DNA from: Candidatus Omnitrophota bacterium
GTDB taxonomy: Bacteria > Omnitrophota > Gorgyraeia > Gygaellales > Profunditerraquicolaceae
DNA length: 64,000 nt
Direction: 5' to 3'
NCBI GenBank assembly: GCA_016208765.1
Contig: JACQXK010000032.1
Coordinates: 54,385-118,384, forward strand
Position numbers and translations under genes: made by a program. How positions within the stretch are numbered: the stretch's first letter is position 1; each line of letters starts with the position of its first letter. Below are positions 19,120-30,406 of this stretch, one piece after another. The notes beneath the pieces are model-generated. The model searched no databases, was not told the DNA's origin, and was given only the letters and a program-made list of their open reading frames with translations.

Positions 19120-19781
19120 CTTTTGTAAAACTTATTAATCACATCCACCACTTCTCTTGGCTTATCCACCACTTTAAAAATATCCAAATCTTTCTTGCTG
19201 ATATTTGCGTTCTTTTCTAAAACAGTTTCTTTTAACCAGTCCAGCATCTTTTGCCAATAGTCCCTGCCGAATAACACTACGGGAAACCTCGGTATCCTGC
19301 GTGTTTGGATCAAATTAATTGCCTCAAAAAATTCATCAAGCGTGCCGTAACCTCCGGGCATAATCACAAACGCCTTGGCATATTTAACAAACATAACCTT
19401 GCGCACAAAAAAATAATGAAAATCAACCAGGGTATCCACGTATTCATTTGGCTTCTGTTCAAGAGGAATTTGAATGTTTAATCCGATAGACTGGCCCTTT
19501 GCCCGGCGAGCGCCTTTGTTTGCCGCTTCCATAATTCCAGGGCCGCTTCCTGTAATTACCGCATAACCTGCCTTGGCAATTAAATATGCTGTCTCCTCTG
19601 CAAGTTTATAATATTTTGCGTTAACAGGAGTGCGGCTTGAACCAAAGATAGAAACTGCCCTGCCCACATCAGACAAAACTTCAAACCCATCAACAAACTC
19701 CGACATGATCCTGAATATCCGCCACGGATCCTCATGAATAAAATCGTCTTTGACAATTTCTTTTTTATTTCTTTTTACCAT
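19116..19781 (-). CDS. LOG family (TIGR00730) nucleotide monophosphate nucleosidase
   Basis: WRIFRIMSEF, TG.GPGIMEAANKGA and PGGYGTLDE. Start set at MVKRNK. Confidence 0.92.
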   Translation of the reverse strand: MVKRNKKEIVKDDFIHEDPWRIFRIMSEFVDGFEVLSDVGRAVSIFGSSRTPVNAKYYKLAEETAYLIAKAGYAVITGSGPGIMEAANKGARRAKGQSIGLNIQIPLEQKPNEYVDTLVDFHYFFVRKVMFVKYAKAFVIMPGGYGTLDEFFEAINLIQTRRIPRFPVVLFGRDYWQKMLDWLKETVLEKNANISKKDLDIFKVVDKPREVVDVINKFYKR

Positions 19782-22741
19782 GCTAAAGGATCCCTCCATG
19801 CCTTTTTTAATACACCGATACCTGCTGATATGCAAATCTTTCCATCAAGCCCGTAAACCCTGAATTCCTTTTTCTCTGATATGCAACCTGCCAATCCAAA
19901 GGAAATACCTTTTAGAATATTTTCAAATTTATTCTGATCCTTTTTTTCCACCTCCACAATAAACCGCGAGTTTGATTCCGAAAAAAGAATTACATCATTT
20001 CTTTGTTCTTCACTTTTAGATTTTTTGTTTTTAGTTTTGCGCTTTTCGCTTTGCGCTTCTACATATGGAATTGCACTAACAACCAACTCCATCCCCAGCC
20101 CGCCGGAAAATGCCATCTCTGCTGCTGCCACTGCAATACCGCCCTCTGAACAATCATGCATTGCCATGATTAATTTTAAATCCGAAGCCTTGCTTAAAGC
20201 ATTAAAAGTAGCAAGGGCTTTTTTTGCAAAAACCCTGGGGACATCATTACCCAAATACCCTGCCAAATCATAATAATGCGAACCGCCCAATTCCGGTAAA
20301 GTATTGCCCACAACATAAATTAAGTTTCCAGGCTTCTTTGCATACATAGACACAACTTTGTCCGTATCATCCATTACTGAAATAGCAGATATTAACAGAG
20401 TTCCTGGAATAGCAATAGAATGCCCATGCACTGCGTATTCATTATATAAACTGTCCTTACCGGAAATGAAAGGAACACCAAAGACCTTTGCAATATCATA
20501 ACATCCGTAAGCCGCACGCACCAAACTACCAAGCCTATCCGGCTTATCAGGATTTCCCCAGCAGAAATTATCTAAAATAGCAGTCTGCTTTAAAGAACCT
20601 CCCACTGCAACCACCTGCCGCAAGGCCTCATCAATCACCGAAGCAGACATCCAATAAGGATCAATCATTCCAAAACGAAAATTAATTCCATTAGAAACAA
20701 TAACGCCTTTTTTTGAACCTAAAAGCGGCTTGACTACGCTGGCATCAGACGGGCCATCATTAACAATCCCTGTTAATGGTTTTAAAACCGAGCCCCCTTG
20801 CACCTCATGGTCATACTGCCTGATCACCCATTCCTTAGAACAAATATCATAATGGCCCAATAAGCTAATCAGGCTTTTAGTTAAATCCTTAGGGCAATTT
20901 ATTTTCGGCTCACGATGGTTGTTTAAAACAAACATTGCTTTCTTTTCTATCTCGGGTATGCCGTCGTGCAGGAATTTCATACCCAAATCACAAACGAGAT
21001 TACCTTTATAATAAAGCTGAAGTTTCTCTGTATTGGTAAACTCGCCGATTACACTCGCCTCAACATTTTCAGCCGCAAAAACAGCCAATAGTTCCTCAGC
21101 CTTGTCAGGGCTGACTGAAATAACCATTCTCTCCTGTGATTCAGAGATCCAGATTTCCATATAAGAAAGCCCCGAATATTTTAAAGGGACTTTTTCCAAA
21201 TCAACTCTTACTCCCAGCTCAGCGCCCATCTCTCCAACTGCGCTTGATAATCCACCTGCGCCGCAATCAGTAATTGCAGTGTAAAGATTCTTATCGCGCG
21301 CCTGCAAGATCGTATCTACCATCTTCTTTTCCTGAATCGGATTTCCGATCTGCACTGCCCCGCTTGAAATCACTTCTGATTCATGGGTCAGTTCTCCTGA
21401 AGAAAATGTCGCTCCATGGATGCCGTCTCTGCCGGTCCTGCCGCCGACAACCACAACCAAATCTCCCGGATTGGTCTTCTTAAATGATTTATCTTTGGGC
21501 ATAATCCCGGCGGTGCCGCAATAAACAAGCGGATTACCCACAAAACCTTCATGAAAAAGTATTGCACCGTTTATTGTAGGAATGCCCATTTTATTGCCAT
21601 AATCACGAACGCCGCTGACTACACCCTTCATTACCCTTTTTGGATGAAGACTTCCCTGAGGAACTTTGCTAAACGCCGTGTCCGGAGAAGCAAAACAAAA
21701 TACGTCGGTATTAAGAATAGGCTTTGCGCCTAAGCCTGTTCCCAAAGGATCTCGGATCACTCCACCCACACCGGTATTTGCCCCGCCGAACGGCTCAAGC
21801 GCCGACGGGTGATTGTGCGTCTCAACCTTAAAACAAACATTATGTTTTTCGTCAAAACGAATTACACCGGAGTTATCCTTAAATACAGATACACACCAAG
21901 GTTTATTTAATTCCCTGGTAACTTTCATAATTGTTGATTTTAACAGATTATCAATTTTCCTGATCTTTCTATTCTCTGTATTCTTTTCTCTGTATTCTAT
22001 CTTCCCTCTGAATGTCTTATGATAGCAATGTTCCGACCACGTCTGGGCAATAGTTTCCAACTCGCAATCTGTGGGATTACGGCCTAATACCTTAAAATAT
22101 TTCTTTATCTGGCGCATTTCATTTAAATTTAAGAATAGCTGCCCTTGCTTACTAATATGCATCAACTTATTATCGCTGGCATTCAATAAATCAACATTGA
22201 TTAACTTAAACGCATAACTAATCTCCGCCTTATCTGGTGACAGGTGACAGGTAACAGGCGACAGGCGACCGGTGACAGGCGACACAAGATGCTGAATTAA
22301 TTTATTATAAAGTAATTTTTCAGAGATTGTTTTAAGCTGGGCTTCGGTAAGCTTTCCTTTAATCAGATATTTTTTTGAGGTTTTTACTGAAGTTATGCCG
22401 TTAATTCCCAAATCCATGATGCCTTTTAAAGCCGAATCCTCAACAGGATCCATTACTCCGGGATTATGAGCAACTTCAATAGTGAATTCGTCCCCGGTCG
22501 CCTGCCTGCGGCCGCCGGTTAATGCATTAACAGAAAAGTCCTGGGAAATCTTATCGGTGAGTAGTTCTTCGCAAATAGTTTTAAGTTCTTCTTCAGAAAC
22601 ATACCCCTCTAAAATATAAACCTGGGCAAAATGCACGCCGGAAACAGAATCAATTCCGAAATCAGAAATATCCCTCTTAATGCCGTCACCAACAGCATCA
22701 AAGATTCCCGGCTTATCTTTAACTTCAATTTTATAAAACAT
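19775..22741 (-). CDS. purL: FGAM synthase PurL with N-terminal tandem PurS-like domains
   Basis: N-terminal KPGIFD and NPGVMDP PurS-like repeats. Also QTWSEHC.HK, KVETHNHPS, DCGAGG, SESQERM and ISGKDS. Confidence 0.96.
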   Translation of the reverse strand: MFYKIEVKDKPGIFDAVGDGIKRDISDFGIDSVSGVHFAQVYILEGYVSEEELKTICEELLTDKISQDFSVNALTGGRRQATGDEFTIEVAHNPGVMDPVEDSALKGIMDLGINGITSVKTSKKYLIKGKLTEAQLKTISEKLLYNKLIQHLVSPVTGRLSPVTCHLSPDKAEISYAFKLINVDLLNASDNKLMHISKQGQLFLNLNEMRQIKKYFKVLGRNPTDCELETIAQTWSEHCYHKTFRGKIEYREKNTENRKIRKIDNLLKSTIMKVTRELNKPWCVSVFKDNSGVIRFDEKHNVCFKVETHNHPSALEPFGGANTGVGGVIRDPLGTGLGAKPILNTDVFCFASPDTAFSKVPQGSLHPKRVMKGVVSGVRDYGNKMGIPTINGAILFHEGFVGNPLVYCGTAGIMPKDKSFKKTNPGDLVVVVGGRTGRDGIHGATFSSGELTHESEVISSGAVQIGNPIQEKKMVDTILQARDKNLYTAITDCGAGGLSSAVGEMGAELGVRVDLEKVPLKYSGLSYMEIWISESQERMVISVSPDKAEELLAVFAAENVEASVIGEFTNTEKLQLYYKGNLVCDLGMKFLHDGIPEIEKKAMFVLNNHREPKINCPKDLTKSLISLLGHYDICSKEWVIRQYDHEVQGGSVLKPLTGIVNDGPSDASVVKPLLGSKKGVIVSNGINFRFGMIDPYWMSASVIDEALRQVVAVGGSLKQTAILDNFCWGNPDKPDRLGSLVRAAYGCYDIAKVFGVPFISGKDSLYNEYAVHGHSIAIPGTLLISAISVMDDTDKVVSMYAKKPGNLIYVVGNTLPELGGSHYYDLAGYLGNDVPRVFAKKALATFNALSKASDLKLIMAMHDCSEGGIAVAAAEMAFSGGLGMELVVSAIPYVEAQSEKRKTKNKKSKSEEQRNDVILFSESNSRFIVEVEKKDQNKFENILKGISFGLAGCISEKKEFRVYGLDGKICISAGIGVLKKAWRDPLAW
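22236..22284. repeat. In-frame heptamer tandem repeat in purL
   Basis: ggtgaca ggtgaca ggtaaca ggcgaca ggcgacc ggtgaca ggcgaca, encoding VSPVTGRLSPVTCHLSP. Confidence 0.9.
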
Positions 22742-22768
22742 GATGTTTATTTAGAAATTGTGGCAGGT

Positions 22769-24061
22769 TTACAATCCAACTCTGCGAAAAATCTTATCCA
22801 CATTACGCAGGTAATAATTTAAATTAAAAATAGCGTCTAATTCTTTTCTGTCAAACCAACGCGCCGCATCTACGTCGGAAAGCAGGTTTTTCTTAAAATC
22901 AGTGCCTTCCTTCCAGGTTTTCATCGCGCATCTTTGCACAATATCATAAGCCTTCATCCGTTCCAGGCCCTTATCCATCAGCGATAGCAACACGCGTTGC
23001 GAAAAAATCAGGCCATGAGTCTTGACTAAATTGGCCATCATATTTTGCGGATAAACCTGCAAGCCTTCTATCACTTGAATAAATTTATAAAGCATATAAT
23101 CTAAGGCAAGCGTTGAATCCGGGATAATCACCCGCTCAGCCGATGAGTGGCTGATATCGCGTTCATGCCACAAGGAAACATTTTCAAGCCCTACTACGGC
23201 ATTGCCCCGTAAAAGCCGGGCTAAACCGCAAATTCGCTCGCAGATTACAGGATTACGTTTATGCGGCATGGCAGAAGAACCCTTCTGGCCCTTGCCAAAT
23301 GGCTCCTCAACCTCCAAAACTTCCGTTCTCTGCAAATGCCTGATTTCTGTAGCAAACTTTTCCAAACTCGTGCCGATAATAGCAAGCTGGCACAGGAAAA
23401 AAGCATAAATATCCCGCGAAATTATCTGGGTAGAAATTTTTGCCGGCTTGAGGCCGAGTTTTCTGCAGATATAATTCTCCACATCCGGATCAACATTGGC
23501 AAAAGTACCTACTGCCCCTGAGATCTTCCCAACCGACACTTCCTGCTGAGCTGATTTTAACCGCGACAAATCACGCTTTAACTCATCGTACCAAAGCGCC
23601 AATTTCAGGCCGAATGTCGTCGGCTCTGCGTGTACGCCATGGGTGCGGCCGATACAAACAGTATCCTTATATTTACGCGCTTGTTTTGCCAAAACCTTCA
23701 ATAACTTCTCAAGCTTTAAAACCAAAATATTAGAAACCTGCTTGAGCTGCACTCCTAAAGTAGTATCCAAGCAATCTGAAGATGTCAGCCCCAAATGCAG
23801 ATACTTTGCATCCGGCCCAATATATTGGGACACATTGCTGACAAATGCCACTATATCGTGTTGTGTTTTTTCCTCAATTTTCTTAATTTGTGAAATGTTA
23901 AATTTGGCTTTCTTTTTAATTCTTTTAACTGCAGCAGGCGGGACTATATGCTTTTTGCTAAGGGCTTCCAATGCCAGGATCTCAATATCAAGCATTGTTT
24001 TAAATTTAAACTCATCCTGCCAGATTTTTAACATCTCAGGCCGGCTATAACGCTCAATCAT
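22769..24061 (-). CDS. purB: Adenylosuccinate lyase
   Basis: MIERY, GRTHGVHAEPTTFG and SSAMPHKRNP. Confidence 0.98.
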   Translation of the reverse strand: MIERYSRPEMLKIWQDEFKFKTMLDIEILALEALSKKHIVPPAAVKRIKKKAKFNISQIKKIEEKTQHDIVAFVSNVSQYIGPDAKYLHLGLTSSDCLDTTLGVQLKQVSNILVLKLEKLLKVLAKQARKYKDTVCIGRTHGVHAEPTTFGLKLALWYDELKRDLSRLKSAQQEVSVGKISGAVGTFANVDPDVENYICRKLGLKPAKISTQIISRDIYAFFLCQLAIIGTSLEKFATEIRHLQRTEVLEVEEPFGKGQKGSSAMPHKRNPVICERICGLARLLRGNAVVGLENVSLWHERDISHSSAERVIIPDSTLALDYMLYKFIQVIEGLQVYPQNMMANLVKTHGLIFSQRVLLSLMDKGLERMKAYDIVQRCAMKTWKEGTDFKKNLLSDVDAARWFDRKELDAIFNLNYYLRNVDKIFRRVGL

Positions 24062-24146
24062 AATGCTTCTCCTCCAGGTATTATTATATTGTTCAGAGAA
24101 GATATTATAACAGAATGGTTAAAACTTAGCAAACAAAAAAGGAAGG

Positions 24147-27100
24147 TTATTGTTTATACGGAAGGCAAAAACTAAACTTTGAACCTTTTCCATATTCTGA
24201 CTCAACCCAAATCTTTCCTCCGTGTTGCTCAATGATCCTCTTACAAACTACAAGGCCAAGGCCGCTTCCACTTACAACCTTAAATTCTTTATGTTCAATA
24301 CGCGAAAAAAGGTTAAATATTTTATCCAAATCTTCTTTTTTGATTCCCCTGCCAGTATCTTCAATGCTCACGCAAACTTTATTCTGCGATTTATAAGAAG
24401 TAACCGAAATGGCCCCTGAATCGGTATATTTCAAGGCATTGGTAATAAGATTGATTAGCGCCTGAGCAATTCTTTCTTTATCAATGGCTACCATAGGCAA
24501 AGCTTTGCCTAAATGCGCCTTAAACTTTAGGCCTTTTTTCTTCACCAAAGAAGACATCCTCTGCAAAACATCTTCAATTAAAATATTAATATTCTGCCGA
24601 ACAAGAACCAAATTGCTTAAGGCATAATTAAAGCGCTGGAACTCCAAGACATCGCGCGTAATCCGGCCCAAACGGTCAATTTCATTCTTAGTTTTTTCCA
24701 ATAACCCCTTTTGCTTCTCATTCACCGGCCCTACTATCCCTTCTGACACAAGGTTCACCCCCTCCTTAATTGTAGCAAGAGGGGTCCCGAGCTCATGATA
24801 AGCAATGCTCAAGAATTCGTCTTTTAGCTCCTCGCGGTGTTTACGCTCGGAAATATCAGTAATATCCATAATGATGCTCTGCGGTTTTCCTTTTTCATCT
24901 TTTACAAGAGAGGCATCCATTAAAACAGATATCTTCTTTTTGTCTTTTGCAAAAGCATCCACTTCAAAATTCCTGACATAACCTTGTTCAAGGCACTCCA
25001 TTATTGCCTCAACAACTCTCTGACTGTCTTTCATTTCCACATAGTCTGTGATTGGCCTGCCGACAGCCTCATCGCCATAACCAAAATTAATGGTAAACGC
25101 CTTGTTAAATTGTTTTATCCTGCCCTGAATATCCAAAACTATAATCGCATCCGGATTTGAATCAATAATCTGCCTTGTCGCCGTAAGGCGCGTAAGCTCA
25201 ATTTCAGCAACTTTTCTGTCAGTAATATCCTTAACTACCCCGTCATAAGCAGCCAACTCTCCCTTGTCGTTTAAATGAAAAATCGCAACATTGCTGATCC
25301 ATCTTACTGTTTTATCTTTACGGATAATACGATGTTCAATAACTCCAGGATTCTCTCCTTTAAGTATCCGCTCGGACCAATTCAAAACTTTCTTCCTGTC
25401 TTCAGGATAAACCATGTCTATCCATAAAAAAGGATGCGAAGAAAGCTCCTCTTTGCTATATCCGGTGACCCCTAAGCAGCCATCTCTATATGTTGTCTGC
25501 CCGGGTTTTCCTCCTTCCATAGATACAGTATAAATGTAGTCGGTAATACTGCTCACAATGTTACCGTAGAATTCCTGCAATCTCCTATGTGTCTTTTCTT
25601 CCTCTAAACGCCGGGTAATATCTTCAACCATTTCAATTGCCATAACCACATTTCCCTGATTATCCTTTACAGGAGAAGAAATAATCCTGTAATTTGTTAT
25701 TTTACCTCCTGCAGGAGTTTCTGTAATTGTTTCATGCACAAGCCCGTCTTTAAGTGTTTGAAAAGTAGGGCAATAAACACAAATAGTATCTCTGGCAGGG
25801 TCATTAAAAACTTTGTAACAAATCTGATTCTTCATACTGCTTGCTTTCGGAAACCACTGTTTCATTTGCTTATTTAATGCGATTATCTCCATCTTTGGGC
25901 TGATCGCCGCAACTCCTATGCCGATATTATCTACAACTGCGCGATACTGTTCTTCAGATTTTCTGAGATTATCTTCTGTCGCTTTGTGTGCCTTAATCTC
26001 ATCCTGCAAATCCACATTTACTCTGGCTAATTCAGAAGTGCGTTTCTGCACGCGGATCTCCAGATCCTCCCGGGTGCGGTGCAAATCCTCCTCAATCTTC
26101 TTTCTATAGGTAATATCTTCGGCAAAACCAAAATAACCATTTACCCTTCCCTTCTGGTCTTTTCTTGAAATAACCACTAAATGCACAGGGATAAGATGCC
26201 CGTCTTTATGCCGAAATTTAAGCTCTCTGTCAAAAATGCCTTTTTTACCGGCAATATGCAGGACTTCTTCCGCATCCTCTTTCTTCTCGTGAACAAGGAC
26301 AGGAGCAGCCTTCCCTAGCATCTCCTCTGCCTTATATCCGAACCTTTCCTCAGAATATTTATTCCAAATGGTAAATTTTCCAGTTTCATCAATTGCCCCG
26401 ACGTGTAAGGGGATAAGTTCAACAAACAAACGCAGGCGTTCTTCGCTGTCTTTCAAGGTAAGCTCAGCCTGTTTGCGTTCTTTGTGTTGTATATCAATGG
26501 AAATTTGATCAGCGAGCTGACAGGCAAAGGCGATTTCATCCTCATGCCAATAATGAGGCTTATCAACATGTTCAAAACATAAAGCCCCGAGATTCCTGCC
26601 GCCGGCGCGAATTGCAGCGTCAAGCATTGAGGTAACATGAAACGGCTTGAGATAATTATCCACATACCCGGATGTCCGCGGATCAGTCAAAGGGTCATGC
26701 GCATCCACATACTTAGATGTTTTTAACGCATTGAACTCATTTTCAAATTCATGTTTCTTCATTACTAAACCTGAGGAGTGCCTTTTTAAAGAGGCCTCAA
26801 ACAGATCAACGCACCTTAATTCAGATCCTTCGCTGTCAAATAACCACGCCCCAACCCGTTCCACTCCGGAAGCTTTAGCAGCCAACTCCGTAAGCTGCTT
26901 GATAAATCCATCCACTTGCGCTTCTTCCAAGAAGCTTGAAATAGCAATCTTTGCCACAGCTTCCCTCTGAATCCGTACTCTTTCTACAGTAGTTTTTAAT
27001 TCATTCTCTGCGAGCCTACGTTCGGTAACATCCCGGAAACTTCCCACGATGCATTCTCTTGCATCAAGCTTAAGCAAAAAAGAATTGATATCCGCAAAAA

Positions 27101-27434
27101 ATATGCTGCCATCTTTCTTAAGCACGGGGATGTCTGTTGCAAGAAAATATTTCCTTTTTACCAAATCATCAAAAACATCAAAGATCTTCGGCAAATCTTT
27201 CTTTTGATGCACGCTACTTACACTTAAAGAGCGAATTTCACAATCATCATATCCGAGCATTTTACAAAATACGTGATTGGCAAAATAAAATCTTCTGGTA
27301 ACGCTATCTGCCACAACAATACCGTCGGTAGAATTGTCAAAAATTGCCTTAAATATCTTTAAGGCCTGCTGTGGATCAGAGAACATACAACCCAAATCCT
27401 TAATAGGACTTTTATTATTCTTTTGCCCATTCAT
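24147..27434 (-). CDS. Cytoplasmic multi-PAS/GAF sensor histidine kinase
   Basis: Several PAS-PAC repeats (DVTERR, DITYRK, DITDRK, DISERK) and a GAF domain. H-box HELGTPL, N-box [10 protein letters not shown] and G boxes DTGRGI/GSGLGL. Start set at MNGQK. Confidence 0.92.
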   Translation of the reverse strand: MNGQKNNKSPIKDLGCMFSDPQQALKIFKAIFDNSTDGIVVADSVTRRFYFANHVFCKMLGYDDCEIRSLSVSSVHQKKDLPKIFDVFDDLVKRKYFLATDIPVLKKDGSIFFADINSFLLKLDARECIVGSFRDVTERRLAENELKTTVERVRIQREAVAKIAISSFLEEAQVDGFIKQLTELAAKASGVERVGAWLFDSEGSELRCVDLFEASLKRHSSGLVMKKHEFENEFNALKTSKYVDAHDPLTDPRTSGYVDNYLKPFHVTSMLDAAIRAGGRNLGALCFEHVDKPHYWHEDEIAFACQLADQISIDIQHKERKQAELTLKDSEERLRLFVELIPLHVGAIDETGKFTIWNKYSEERFGYKAEEMLGKAAPVLVHEKKEDAEEVLHIAGKKGIFDRELKFRHKDGHLIPVHLVVISRKDQKGRVNGYFGFAEDITYRKKIEEDLHRTREDLEIRVQKRTSELARVNVDLQDEIKAHKATEDNLRKSEEQYRAVVDNIGIGVAAISPKMEIIALNKQMKQWFPKASSMKNQICYKVFNDPARDTICVYCPTFQTLKDGLVHETITETPAGGKITNYRIISSPVKDNQGNVVMAIEMVEDITRRLEEEKTHRRLQEFYGNIVSSITDYIYTVSMEGGKPGQTTYRDGCLGVTGYSKEELSSHPFLWIDMVYPEDRKKVLNWSERILKGENPGVIEHRIIRKDKTVRWISNVAIFHLNDKGELAAYDGVVKDITDRKVAEIELTRLTATRQIIDSNPDAIIVLDIQGRIKQFNKAFTINFGYGDEAVGRPITDYVEMKDSQRVVEAIMECLEQGYVRNFEVDAFAKDKKKISVLMDASLVKDEKGKPQSIIMDITDISERKHREELKDEFLSIAYHELGTPLATIKEGVNLVSEGIVGPVNEKQKGLLEKTKNEIDRLGRITRDVLEFQRFNYALSNLVLVRQNINILIEDVLQRMSSLVKKKGLKFKAHLGKALPMVAIDKERIAQALINLITNALKYTDSGAISVTSYKSQNKVCVSIEDTGRGIKKEDLDKIFNLFSRIEHKEFKVVSGSGLGLVVCKRIIEQHGGKIWVESEYGKGSKFSFCLPYKQ

Positions 27435-27564
27435 TGAAGCGCTCCCAAAAAAACAAAAAAACAACCCCCTTTATTCAAGAAGATTGTTTTAAAAGCTTTA
27501 TAATAATCTGTATTCATCTGCCCACGGCTATTGTAGCCCTATCTTAGGCGAATGCAATAGCTTT

Positions 27565-30228
27565 TTAAGCTAATTCTATTTTAATTTTATGAATTTTATT
27601 AGCAGGCAGGTTTAAAATAAACGACCTCTTAATAACCATTGAATTTTTGCTTTGAAGGCAAAGGCAGGAAGAATTAAGCCTCGCGCTTACAATGTTGTTT
27701 TCACAGTGCACTGTTTTTCTCTTAAGATAAAACTCAATTATTAAATGCCTTCCGGCAAAATTGCGTTGAATGCTGATCGTTGATGAATGCTTAAAATTAT
27801 CATTGCATAACTTAGGCTCAATAAGAAGATCTCCGCCGCTGCCTTTTATTCCAAAAACCTCAGTTAGAAGTGTCAGCACAAACCAACTGGCTGAACCGGT
27901 TAAATATGCATACATTCCCCGGCCATCATTATTGAAATACTCAGGAAGGACAGGATAAATCTTGCTTTTTTCTGTATCTAAAGCCATTTTAAAAATAGAG
28001 CTTAGCGCCTTCCAGCCGTCTTCTTTAAAACCGGCTTTATATAAAGCATTGGCAAACATCACCACCATATGGCTGAAAATTGCGCCATTTTCTTTTTCTC
28101 CGTAAACAAATGAAAACGCGCGGCCCAAAGCATACTGTTCTTGCTTAAAGTCTGTATTTAAGTGATACCCGCTTAATTTCTTATCTAAAAGATATTCATT
28201 TACGCTGGCAATAACAGAACGAGCTTGCTCTTTAGTGGCTACACCGCTCATAACCGGGAAAACCTGCCCGGTAAGAGTCATTTTAATTAAATTACCCGAC
28301 TTGCCTTCAAGGCGCTTCTTGCGATTATCATAATATCCGTTAAAAAACCCCTCCTTAAGCCACTCTTTGTTTCTGATATGCTGTATCATCCAGCCGGCTT
28401 TTTGGCGTAAATTATTTGCCAGCACTTGCGCAGGCAATTTTATTTTCTTACCGGAAACACATTTTTGCGTGCGTAAAAAATATTGATCTAAGATTTTCAA
28501 TTTTTTAGGAATGTTAGCGTAATCCGGCTCTTCTAAAAGCAGTTTAAGTTCCTCGGCAATCTCAACTTCCCCGCTCTTTAACTTAAGTACCAACTCAGCA
28601 AGGCGCATAAGGTTATATGCATACATACAACTAAAAGCAACGCTCTCTCCATGCTCCTTGGCCATATCCAGGCCGTCATTCCAATCAGCGCCCTCAAGCC
28701 GCACATGATTATGTGTTCCCACATTAAAAAACTGAACAAGGTTTTCCACCAACAAATGTTCCAAAACAGTACCTTGATATATTTTTCCGGAAGCAGTTTT
28801 TAATTTCTGCCCACATGCCTTAGCCCATTGATAATCAATGCTACGGCAGCGGTTTATCTCATGGTTGCGAAAATAAGAAATTTCTTTTAATAAAATATCC
28901 GAGTCTCCGGTTTCATTCATATATAAATCAAGGGTTAAAAGCGGCCAAACCCCGTGATCCATCCAGACGCGGCTAATATTATTGCGGTCAGAAATAAATT
29001 CCCCCGGATTTTTACCGATAATCGTCGCGTTTGAACCGTCAATGCGCACGCCTGAGAAATTATTCAATAAAATCTGGCGCACCTGCTGCGGATTATTTAG
29101 AATAAGACTAAGGCAATCCTGCCACAGGTCCCTCCAGCCGCGTCCGCCTTTACCATAATCAAAATCAGGTAAAAACGAGCACCCGAATATTTTACGTAAA
29201 ACCGGCTGAATATTTACCCAGCTAAACCAATTATCAAAATCAGATTCTCCAGTAGAAATATTTATCCGCTTGCTAACTTCCAGCCAATGAGCCTTAGTTT
29301 TAGCAAAGGCTTTCTCTATTTTCTTAACACTGTTAAATTCCTGAATAATCTTTTTTATTTCCTGGGGGTTTTCTATTATCCCCATTATCAAAATATAGGT
29401 ATGTGATTTGTCCCGGCCAAGTTCTGCGGGCTTAAAACGCAACCCAGCCATTGCTTCCTTACCCTGAATCAGAGAATCATCCGGAAGGAGATTTTCATAA
29501 ACGCTCTGCGGCGCTTCAAGGTCACCTGCATCACCACAAAACATCTCCTGAGTCGGATAAATATAGCGCGGCCAAGAAGATTTCTCATCACACCCCAAAA
29601 CAAAATATATCTTTTTGTTCGGCTGATGCCCTGACTCATCAAAACAAAGCGTGGGCTTGACAATAACCCCGTATTTATCAATGGCAATTCGCTGTAACAA
29701 GGAAGTAACATGACGATGATCACGGATGCTATTTGCCCCGCGCGCGTACAAAGGGATAGCAGATGTAGGAATAATTTTTATTCTCCTGGAAGAAATATTT
29801 GTAATTTTCACCTGCATCAGCTCTACAGGAGCATTACCGGCAGGCACAAAAGAAAGGATTTCAGATTTAAGGCCGACTTTTTTATTTTCACGGGTGATTT
29901 TCTGCCAAAGCAACCCTGCCTCCAGAGAAAATTTATCCTCTTTGGAATGTGATAAATCCTTAGAAACCCCGCAAGCTGACCAAATCTTGTGTTTATCAAT
30001 ATAAACCCAGAAATTACGGCTTGCTTTAGAAGTACTCAGGTCAATACGGGAAACAGGACTAAGTAAAAAAGCATTTTGCCCGGCCTTGATGTCTCCGTTT
30101 AAATTCGGAGTAATTGCCGACAGCAAAACATCATTTGCAAGCGGCAAATACAATGATTTCATCTTATCCGCCACACCGGAACGAAACGTTCCGCAGCTAT
30201 CTGTAAACTCCCAAAGTTTATTTTTCAT
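27565..30228 (-). CDS. GH94-family glycoside phosphorylase (cellobiose/cyclic-glucan phosphorylase-like)
   Basis: GRGWRDLWQD, ADWNDGL, GEKENGAIFSH and YLTGSASW. Confidence 0.85.
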   Translation of the reverse strand: MKNKLWEFTDSCGTFRSGVADKMKSLYLPLANDVLLSAITPNLNGDIKAGQNAFLLSPVSRIDLSTSKASRNFWVYIDKHKIWSACGVSKDLSHSKEDKFSLEAGLLWQKITRENKKVGLKSEILSFVPAGNAPVELMQVKITNISSRRIKIIPTSAIPLYARGANSIRDHRHVTSLLQRIAIDKYGVIVKPTLCFDESGHQPNKKIYFVLGCDEKSSWPRYIYPTQEMFCGDAGDLEAPQSVYENLLPDDSLIQGKEAMAGLRFKPAELGRDKSHTYILIMGIIENPQEIKKIIQEFNSVKKIEKAFAKTKAHWLEVSKRINISTGESDFDNWFSWVNIQPVLRKIFGCSFLPDFDYGKGGRGWRDLWQDCLSLILNNPQQVRQILLNNFSGVRIDGSNATIIGKNPGEFISDRNNISRVWMDHGVWPLLTLDLYMNETGDSDILLKEISYFRNHEINRCRSIDYQWAKACGQKLKTASGKIYQGTVLEHLLVENLVQFFNVGTHNHVRLEGADWNDGLDMAKEHGESVAFSCMYAYNLMRLAELVLKLKSGEVEIAEELKLLLEEPDYANIPKKLKILDQYFLRTQKCVSGKKIKLPAQVLANNLRQKAGWMIQHIRNKEWLKEGFFNGYYDNRKKRLEGKSGNLIKMTLTGQVFPVMSGVATKEQARSVIASVNEYLLDKKLSGYHLNTDFKQEQYALGRAFSFVYGEKENGAIFSHMVVMFANALYKAGFKEDGWKALSSIFKMALDTEKSKIYPVLPEYFNNDGRGMYAYLTGSASWFVLTLLTEVFGIKGSGGDLLIEPKLCNDNFKHSSTISIQRNFAGRHLIIEFYLKRKTVHCENNIVSARLNSSCLCLQSKNSMVIKRSFILNLPANKIHKIKIELA

Positions 30229-30406
30229 GGACTTTAAATTAACACACCGGATTATCTTTTGCAAGCAAGAATTTGCTTTTCAAAATATTGATATATGCTA
30301 TATTGAATCTCCTTATATTAAAATCCGGAGATTCATCCTTTTTCGGGAAATCTCCGTTCATCCCCGATATAGAAAACCGGGGATTTCCCATCGGAGGATA
30401 CCAAGC

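Noticed and set aside
30086-30406. N-terminal extension of the 186-aa plus-strand ORF
   Set aside because: It overlaps the GH94 gene and promoter region. A GGAGG RBS supports the ATG at 30407 instead.
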